Source: Candidatus Eiseniibacteriota bacterium (lineage in GTDB: Bacteria; Eisenbacteria; RBG-16-71-46). From it: 64,000 nt of DNA. The notes below the pieces were generated by a model that was given only the letters and a program-made list of their open reading frames with translations, searched no databases and was not told where the DNA came from. Of the stretch, positions 57,935 to 64,000 are shown piece after piece. The stretch lies in contig JBBRLX010000007.1 of the NCBI GenBank assembly GCA_038231135.1, forward strand, positions 1,087 to 65,086, in the 5' to 3' direction. Positions within the stretch are counted from its first letter, which is position 1; each line of letters begins with the position of its first letter. The position numbers and the translations under genes were made by a program.

Positions 57935-59169
57935 GCCTGCCGCCGGATCGCGTCCACGGGTTCGAGCTGCGATGCGCGCCACGCCGGGTAGAGCGCCGCG
58001 GCCAGGCACAGCACGAACGCCGCGATCGTGACGGTCACGAAATCGCCGACCTCAGGCCGCACGGGCAGCCGCTCGATGAAATACACGTCGCCCGGCAGCT
58101 TCACGAACGGATAGCGCTGCAGCACCGCGATCAGGCCGGCGGCCAGCGCCACTCCCAGCAGCGTGCCCGCACCGCCGATCAGCAGGCCCTCGACGAGGAA
58201 CACCCGCAGCACGAACGACCCGTCGGCGCCCATGCTCTTCAGCACGCCGATGTCGCGGCGCTTCTCGAGCACGACCATGAACAGCGTGCTGACGATGTTG
58301 AACGCGGCGACCAGCACGATCAGCGCGAGGATCACGAACATCACGGTCTTCTCGAGCTTCATCCACGTGAACAGGTTCCGGTTCAGCTCGATCCAGTTGT
58401 TCGCCCGCAGGTCGTCGCGCCCCGCGGCGAGCAGCAGGCGGTTCGCGGCCTCGGGTGCGGTGAACATGTCGGCGAGCCGGATCTCGATGCCGGTGACCGC
58501 CGGACCGAGCTGGAAGAACTCCTGGGACGCGGCGATCGACGTGAAGCCGAAGCTCGAGTCGTAGGTGTAGAGCCCCGACGTGAAGATCCCGACCAGCCGG
58601 AACTGCCGGAGCCGCGGCGTGTAGCCCAGCGCCGAGCCCGGCGCACCCTGCAGCGTCGCGAGCACCACCGGCTCGTCGAGCCGGGCGCCGAGCCGCGCGG
58701 CCAGCTCCGAGCCCAGCACGATGCCCGGCATGCCGTCCCGGGTCGCGCGCGGAATCGAATCGAGCGGCGGATCGATGTGGGCCCCGATCGTCGTCACGCG
58801 GCGCTCGGCGGCCAGGTCGACGCCCTTGAGCACCAGCCCTTCCGTCTGACCCTCGCGGAACACCATCGCCTTGACGTAGGTGAACGGGGCGACGCCCACC
58901 ACGCCCGGTTGCCGGCGCACGCGCTCGAGCACCGGTTCGGGTGCGGTGATGCCGGCGGACGTGCGGCCGAGCAGGATCACGTGCGCATCGGTGCCCGCGA
59001 TGCGCGTCTGGATCTCGCTCTCGAAGCCGTTCATCACGGCGAGCACCGTGAGCAGTGCGGTCACGCCCAGCGCGACGCCACCGATCGAGATCCCGGTGAG
59101 CAGCGTGATGAACCCGGCGTGACGCCGGGTGCGCAGGTACCGGCTCGCGATCCAGAACGGAACGTTCAT
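57931..59169 (-). CDS. Lipoprotein-releasing system permease LolC/LolE-like (FtsX family)
   Basis: Four TM helices with a large periplasmic domain. ...IGVLKSMGA... FtsX motif. ATG overlaps the lysS stop. Confidence 0.78.
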   Translation of the reverse strand: MNVPFWIASRYLRTRRHAGFITLLTGISIGGVALGVTALLTVLAVMNGFESEIQTRIAGTDAHVILLGRTSAGITAPEPVLERVRRQPGVVGVAPFTYVKAMVFREGQTEGLVLKGVDLAAERRVTTIGAHIDPPLDSIPRATRDGMPGIVLGSELAARLGARLDEPVVLATLQGAPGSALGYTPRLRQFRLVGIFTSGLYTYDSSFGFTSIAASQEFFQLGPAVTGIEIRLADMFTAPEAANRLLLAAGRDDLRANNWIELNRNLFTWMKLEKTVMFVILALIVLVAAFNIVSTLFMVVLEKRRDIGVLKSMGADGSFVLRVFLVEGLLIGGAGTLLGVALAAGLIAVLQRYPFVKLPGDVYFIERLPVRPEVGDFVTVTIAAFVLCLAAALYPAWRASQLEPVDAIRRQA

Positions 59170-60869
59170 CGAGGCTTGGGGTGCTCCGGGGGCCGCTCGG
59201 GGGGCCGCTCGGGGCGCCGCTCCGGCGCCCGCTCCGGAGCCGGAACCGCCGGTGACACCGACGCCCGCACGGCCGCCGCGACGCCGGACCTGGCCGACCG
59301 CGACGCCTCGGCCACCGCGGGGTCCTGGGCGGGTGCCGTCGGGCTGCCCTCGGAAGTCATGTTCGCAGCCTCGAGCGCCTCGACCTCGTCGTCGTCGAGT
59401 TCGCGCGCGCCCTCCTCGGGCCGCAGCGCCGGGAACAGCAGCACGTCGCGGATCGACCGTGAATCCGTGAACAGCATCGCCAGCCGGTCGATGCCGATGC
59501 CGCAGCCGCCGGTCGGGGGCATGCCGTACTCGAGCGCGCGCACGTAGTCGAGATCCATCGGCTGCGCCTCGTCGTCGCCCTGCGCCCTGAGCTCGGTCTG
59601 GGCCTCGAACGCCTGGCGCTGCGCGTCGGGATCGTTCTGCTCCGAGAACGCGTTCGCGAGCTCCATGCCGGCGACGAACAACTCGAAGCGCTCGACCACC
59701 CGCGGATTCGAGCGGCTCACGCGCGCGAGGGGCGACGTCTCGACCGGGTAGTCGACCACGAACGTCGGCTGCCGCAGCTCAGGCTGCACCAGCTCGCTGA
59801 ACAGCGCATCGAGCAGCCCGCCCGCGCTCATGCCGGGACGCACCGCGATGCCGAGCCGCTCCGCGTGCCGCGCGAGCTTCGCCGCATCGAGATCGTGGAT
59901 GCTGTCCCCCACGCGCTCGCTCACGGCGTCGAGCATCGACAGCCGCGGGAACGGCGGCGTGAAGTCGAGCGTCTCGCCTTGCCAGTCGAACGCCATGGCG
60001 CCGCGCACCGCGGTGGCGGCGCCGGCGACCAGCGACTCGGTCGTCGACATCATGCCGGTCACGTCGGCGAACGCCTGGTAGAACTCGAGCATCGTGAATT
60101 CCGGATTGTGCGTGCGGTCCATGCCCTCGTTGCGGAAGTCGCGCGCGAACTCGTACACCCGCTCGATGCCTCCCACGATCAGCCGCTTGAGGTACAGCTC
60201 GTTCGAGATCCGCAGGTACAGCTCCATGTCGAGCGCGTTGTGGCGCGTCACGAACGGCCGAGCGAACGCGCCGCCGTACTGCGGCTGCAGCACCGGCGTC
60301 TCGACCTCGAGGAACCCGCGCGCATGCAGCCCGAGCCTGAGCGCCGCGATCAGCCGGGCCCGGCGCCGGAACACCTCACGCACCTCGAGGTTCATGAACA
60401 GGTCGGCGTAGCGCTGGCGGAACCGAGTCTCGGGATCCTTCAGGCCGTGCCATTTCTCGGGCAGCGGACGCAGCGACTTGGCCAGCAGCTCGAGCCGGTC
60501 GACGCGCACCGTGATCTCGCCGGTGCGGGTGCGGAACAGCGCGCCCTCGACGCCGATCCAGTCGCCCACGTCGAGCAGCTCGTAGCGGGCGTAGGCATCG
60601 CCGAGCTGGTCGGCCTTGAAGTACAGCTGGATCCGGCCGGTGCCGTCGAGCAGGTGCGCGAACCCGGCCTTGCCGTGGCCACGCAGCGCCATCACCCGGC
60701 CCGCGACGCGCACCGGCTCCCCGAACTCGGCCGTCACCGCGTCGCCACGGGCCAGCAACTCCTGGGCGTGGTGGCTGACGTCGAACGCGTACGCGTAGGC
60801 GGGGACCCCGAGGTCGCGCCAGCGCTGGATCTTCTCGCGGCGCTGGCGGATCAGGTCTTCGAGCGACAT
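59166..60869 (-). CDS. lysS: Lysyl-tRNA synthetase (class II) with a low-complexity C-terminal extension of about 85 aa
   Basis: OB-fold N-domain plus class II catalytic core (...FRNEG...GGCGIGIDRL). ATG 4 nt after GGAAGGAG. Tail encodes ...APERAPERRPERPPERPPEHPKPR. Confidence 0.85.
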   Translation of the reverse strand: MSLEDLIRQRREKIQRWRDLGVPAYAYAFDVSHHAQELLARGDAVTAEFGEPVRVAGRVMALRGHGKAGFAHLLDGTGRIQLYFKADQLGDAYARYELLDVGDWIGVEGALFRTRTGEITVRVDRLELLAKSLRPLPEKWHGLKDPETRFRQRYADLFMNLEVREVFRRRARLIAALRLGLHARGFLEVETPVLQPQYGGAFARPFVTRHNALDMELYLRISNELYLKRLIVGGIERVYEFARDFRNEGMDRTHNPEFTMLEFYQAFADVTGMMSTTESLVAGAATAVRGAMAFDWQGETLDFTPPFPRLSMLDAVSERVGDSIHDLDAAKLARHAERLGIAVRPGMSAGGLLDALFSELVQPELRQPTFVVDYPVETSPLARVSRSNPRVVERFELFVAGMELANAFSEQNDPDAQRQAFEAQTELRAQGDDEAQPMDLDYVRALEYGMPPTGGCGIGIDRLAMLFTDSRSIRDVLLFPALRPEEGARELDDDEVEALEAANMTSEGSPTAPAQDPAVAEASRSARSGVAAAVRASVSPAVPAPERAPERRPERPPERPPEHPKPR

Positions 60870-60981
60870 CGGACTCCTTCCACGCGGACGGTAAGGCCGC
60901 AGCATCCCGGCGGGATCGGCGCGGGCCCCTGGAAATGGCGGAGCCTAGGCGGCGCGAACGCCCAACGCAACACCGGCCCCG

Positions 60982-62430
60982 TCACGCGCCGATGCGGTGC
61001 AGGTGCTCGAGGTCGAGCTTGCCGGCGCCGGGATCGACCGGCAGCGGGTAGTCGCCGGTGAAGCAGGCGTTGCAGAACTGGCTGCCGTCCTGCTCGCACT
61101 CGAGCAGCCCCGGCATCGACAGATAGCCGATCGAGTCGGCCTCGAGGTATTCGCGGATCTCGTCCGGGGTCTTGAGCGCGCCGATCAGCTCGCGCTGGCT
61201 CGGCGTGTCGATGCCGTAGAAACACGGATGCGTGATGGGCGGCGAGCCGATCCGGAAGTGCACCTCGCGCGCGCCGTTGCGGCGCAGCATGCGCACCAGC
61301 TTGCGGCTCGTCGTGCCGCGCACGATCGAGTCGTCGACCAGCACCACGCGCTGGCCGGCCAGCACGTCGCGCACCGGATTGAACTTCACCCGCACGCTGG
61401 AGTCGCGGCCGCTCTGCTGCGGCTGGATGAACGTGCGGCCGACGTAGTGGTTGCGGATCAGCCCCAGCTCGAACCTCAGCCCCGAGGCCTCGCTGTAACC
61501 GAGCGCGATCGAGTTGCTGGAATCCGGCACCGCGATGACCACGTCGGCCTGGGCCGGATGCTCCTGGGCCAGCCGGTGGCCGATGCGCCGCCGCACCCGG
61601 TCCACGGTCTCGCCGAACACGCGGCTGTCGGGCCGCGAGAAATAGATGTGCTCGAAGATGCACTGGCGCAGCGGCGCCACCCGGTCGAACGCGCGGCGCG
61701 ACCGCATGCCGTGGGCGTCGATCCGCACCAGCTCCCCCGGCTCCACGTCGCGGATGAATTCCGCCGCGGTGAGGTCGAGCGCGCACGATTCGCTCGCCAC
61801 CACGTAGCCGTCGCCGAGCCGGCCGATGCACAACGGCCGGAACCCGAGCGGGTCGCGCATGGCGAACACCCCGTCCCGCGTCAGCACCACCAGCGAATAC
61901 GCGCCGCGCACCTGGTGCGCCGCGTCGATCAGCGCGTCCTCGTCGGCGGCGTGCGACGACCGCGCGATCAGGTGCAGCAGGATCTCGGTGTCGAGCGTGG
62001 TCTGAAAGATCGAGCCCGACGCCTCGAGCTCGGAGCGCAGCGCGCGCGCGTTCACCAGATTGCCGTTGTGCGCGAGCGCCAGCGGGCCGCCGCGGTATAC
62101 CACCATCAGCGGCTGGGTGTTCTCGCGGGTCAGGCTGCCCGAGGTGGAGTAGCGGTTGTGGCCGATCGCGGTCGAGCCCTGGAGCCCGGCGATCGATGCC
62201 TCGTCGAACACGTCCGACACCAGCCCCAGGCCCTTGTGGGTGCGGAACTCGCCGGCGTCGTCGCACGCCACGATGCCGGCCGCCTCCTGCCCGCGGTGCT
62301 GGAGCGCGTGCAGGCCGAGGCAGGTGATCTCGGCGGCGTTCGGCACGCCGATCGCGGCGAACACTCCGCACTCCTCGCGCCAGCTTCCGTTCCACGGTGT
62401 CGCACGCGCGCCCCGGTTCGATTCGATCAT
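60982..62430 (-). CDS. purF: Amidophosphoribosyltransferase
   Basis: CGVFAAIG Ntn start after Met processing. PRT motif VVLVDDSIVRGTT. C-terminal Fe-S cysteines. ATG overlaps the upstream stop. Confidence 0.88.
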   Translation of the reverse strand: MIESNRGARATPWNGSWREECGVFAAIGVPNAAEITCLGLHALQHRGQEAAGIVACDDAGEFRTHKGLGLVSDVFDEASIAGLQGSTAIGHNRYSTSGSLTRENTQPLMVVYRGGPLALAHNGNLVNARALRSELEASGSIFQTTLDTEILLHLIARSSHAADEDALIDAAHQVRGAYSLVVLTRDGVFAMRDPLGFRPLCIGRLGDGYVVASESCALDLTAAEFIRDVEPGELVRIDAHGMRSRRAFDRVAPLRQCIFEHIYFSRPDSRVFGETVDRVRRRIGHRLAQEHPAQADVVIAVPDSSNSIALGYSEASGLRFELGLIRNHYVGRTFIQPQQSGRDSSVRVKFNPVRDVLAGQRVVLVDDSIVRGTTSRKLVRMLRRNGAREVHFRIGSPPITHPCFYGIDTPSQRELIGALKTPDEIREYLEADSIGYLSMPGLLECEQDGSQFCNACFTGDYPLPVDPGAGKLDLEHLHRIGA

Positions 62431-63044
62431 GACGAGCCCTCGCCTCCGGCCACCGCCACGGACGGTGTCGCGGAATCCAACTCGATCGGAGCAAGCCACG
62501 GCAGCGGCAGCCGGCCCGATCCGATCCGGTGGTCCTCCGACAGCGGATTGCATAATAGTCCGTGACGCCGGTCGCGGAGCACGACCAGATCCGCTGTGCT
62601 GCGGCCCGCGCCTGGGCTGAACTCCAGGATCCACGCCACGCCCTCGCGGACCTCGATGTCGCGGCCCGTTTCGTGGAGCCACCAGCGCTCGGCGGCGGGG
62701 CGGCGGTCGCCCTCCCGCTCCGTCACCACCACGACCCGCGCCCCCGCCGGCACCGGGGCCGGCTCGCGGCCTGAGTTCCGCAGGATGCAGCGCTCCTTAT
62801 GGGGGTTGAAGAATTGCGACGAAGCGTCGAGCAGCCGCTCAAGCCGTGGCCGGGTCGGGAGCGGTCCGCGCAATTCCATCAACCGCATGCGCTTGAGTGT
62901 CACGACCTCGCCTCCTGCATCCAGTCGGGCCCGCATCACGGCGAGCGCCGAAACCGCCGCCGGATCCGGCGCCAGCAGCTCGATCCACGCCTGTGCGACA
63001 CGCACGCGCGGCGGGCGCTTCGGGGGCGCCACCCGCGTGGTCAC
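62427..63044 (-). CDS. purS: PurS-like protein with a C-terminal extension of about 105 aa (205 aa total)
   Basis: Lies between purQ and purF. N-terminal 90 aa resemble PurS (...LAPDPAAVSALAVMRARL...KRMRLMEL...ERLLDASSQFFNPHKERCIL). GTG overlaps the purQ stop. Start is low confidence. Confidence 0.5.
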   Translation of the reverse strand: MTTRVAPPKRPPRVRVAQAWIELLAPDPAAVSALAVMRARLDAGGEVVTLKRMRLMELRGPLPTRPRLERLLDASSQFFNPHKERCILRNSGREPAPVPAGARVVVVTEREGDRRPAAERWWLHETGRDIEVREGVAWILEFSPGAGRSTADLVVLRDRRHGLLCNPLSEDHRIGSGRLPLPWLAPIELDSATPSVAVAGGEGSS

Positions 63045-63856
63045 GCCGTCACCCCGAGATGCCGCGCCAGCCCGCGGAAGATCTCGAGCCCCGGTCCGTC
63101 GCCCGGGTCCAGGGCACCCTCGAGCAGCCGGCGCTCGCGCTCGCGCGCCCACGGCCCCGCCGCGGTACGGGCGAGCCCGGCGAGATCCTGCGCGCGTTCC
63201 GGGTGCGGCATGATCGCGAGCACGTTGCCCGACGGATTCGACACCGCGGCCACCGCCAATTCGGAGCCGTTCGGCAGCGCCGGAAATTCCGTGGCGGCCT
63301 GGCCGCCGGGGTCCGCGTAGCGCAGCGGCACGCAGCCCGCGCCGAGCAGCTCCGCCATGCGGCCGGGCGCGCCCAGGAACCGCCCCTCGCCGTGTGCGAC
63401 CGGCATCGGCAGCACCGTGCCCGGCTGGATCCCGCGGGTGAACAGGCAGTTCGACGCCTCGATCCTGAGTTCGATCCATGCCGCGTAATAGCCGGCGCGT
63501 CCCGGCATGCGGTTGCGCGCCAGCGCCAGCTCGACGCCGGCGCCGCCCGGCACGAGTCCCGCCTCCACGAGCACCTGGGCGCCGTTGCAGATGCCGAGCA
63601 CCGGCTTGCCGCGCTCCGCCTCCGCGGCCAGCGCCTCCACGGCGGCGCTCTTCGCGGCCAGCGCCCCCGCCCGCACGCGGTCCTGATACGAGAACCCCCC
63701 AGGCAGCACGAACGCCGCGAAGTCGCGGAGCCGCTCGGAGTCGAGCGTCCAGCGCAGGACGCGCGGCGCGAGCCCCACGCGTTCCAGCGCACGCACCGTC
63801 TCCGTTTCACAGTTCACGCCCGGCAGCTGCAGCACGAGCACCGCGGGCGCCGTCAC
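63041..63856 (-). CDS. purQ: Phosphoribosylformylglycinamidine synthase I (glutamine amidotransferase subunit)
   Basis: Class I GATase catalytic triad region (GICNGAQVL...HGEGRF...MPHPER). GTG overlaps the purL stop. Confidence 0.85.
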   Translation of the reverse strand: MTAPAVLVLQLPGVNCETETVRALERVGLAPRVLRWTLDSERLRDFAAFVLPGGFSYQDRVRAGALAAKSAAVEALAAEAERGKPVLGICNGAQVLVEAGLVPGGAGVELALARNRMPGRAGYYAAWIELRIEASNCLFTRGIQPGTVLPMPVAHGEGRFLGAPGRMAELLGAGCVPLRYADPGGQAATEFPALPNGSELAVAAVSNPSGNVLAIMPHPERAQDLAGLARTAAGPWARERERRLLEGALDPGDGPGLEIFRGLARHLGVTA

Positions 63857-64000
63857 GTCACCGCCTCGTTCCAGATCCGCTCGAGCGGCGCCGCGTGCGC
63901 GGCACGCAGTTCCGCCACGCTCCATTCGAGCATGCCCGACTCGGCGGCGCGGATGCGCAGCCCCGGAGTCGTGACCGTGGTGCCGAGCGGCCACGCCAGC
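63853..64000 (-). CDS. purL: Phosphoribosylformylglycinamidine synthase II, C-terminal end (partial, runs off right edge)
   Basis: Open frame from the window edge to TGA at 63853. Position upstream of purQ. Only 49 codons are visible. Confidence 0.45.
   Translation of the reverse strand, partial: LAWPLGTTVTTPGLRIRAAESGMLEWSVAELRAAHAAPLERIWNEAVT

Overview
The window is 64 kb of very GC-rich (about 70%+) bacterial chromosome with strong GC3 codon bias. Almost all genes lie on the minus strand (54 of 57 calls) and many are joined by 4-nt ATGA/GTGA stop-start overlaps. It reads as core genome: no transposases, integrases, CRISPR arrays or rRNA/tRNA genes are visible by eye. Many long plus-strand ORFs in the supplied track run antisense to clearly conserved minus-strand genes and are treated as high-GC artefacts.

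Content from left to right:

- A threonine-to-glycine-to-C1 catabolic supra-operon (tdh, kbl, gcvT, gcvH, gcvPA, gcvPB) whose 3' end is translationally coupled to four extra genes, including a 612-aa GlmL/MutL-family double-ASKHA protein.
- uvrA.
- A split MacAB-TolC-like exporter (TolC, membrane fusion protein, ATPase, two FtsX permeases).
- A Yip1-family membrane protein.
- A 156-bp nested inverted-repeat element.
- An ExbB-ExbD-ExbD-TonB module preceded co-directionally by two STAS-domain paralogs, a secreted TPR protein and an orphan PstS-family binding protein.
- A GT-C-like membrane glycosyltransferase, then AsnRS.
- A plus-strand pair: a TPR/zinc-ribbon polytopic membrane protein and a DUF4388 protein.
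- An LPS core/lipid A region: a GmhB fusion, two GT9 heptosyltransferases, archaeal-type ProRS, MsbA with a Pro/Ala-rich insert, NadB, LpxK, WaaA, an acyltransferase-like protein, LpxB, a Gfo/Idh/MocA (GnnA-like) oxidoreductase, LpxA, an LpxC-FabZ fusion, LpxD, Skp and BamA.
- ClpC with upstream McsA-McsB but no CtsR.
- LolD and LolC/E, LysRS carrying a tandem-repeat-encoded low-complexity tail, then PurF, a long PurS-like protein, PurQ and the C-terminus of PurL.

The most unusual items are the gcv-operon extension, the nested inverted repeat, the TPR/Zn-ribbon plus DUF4388 pair, the GnnA-like gene inside the lpx cluster, and the McsAB-ClpC arrangement outside Firmicutes. All functional calls come from motif recognition by eye; no database searches were run.
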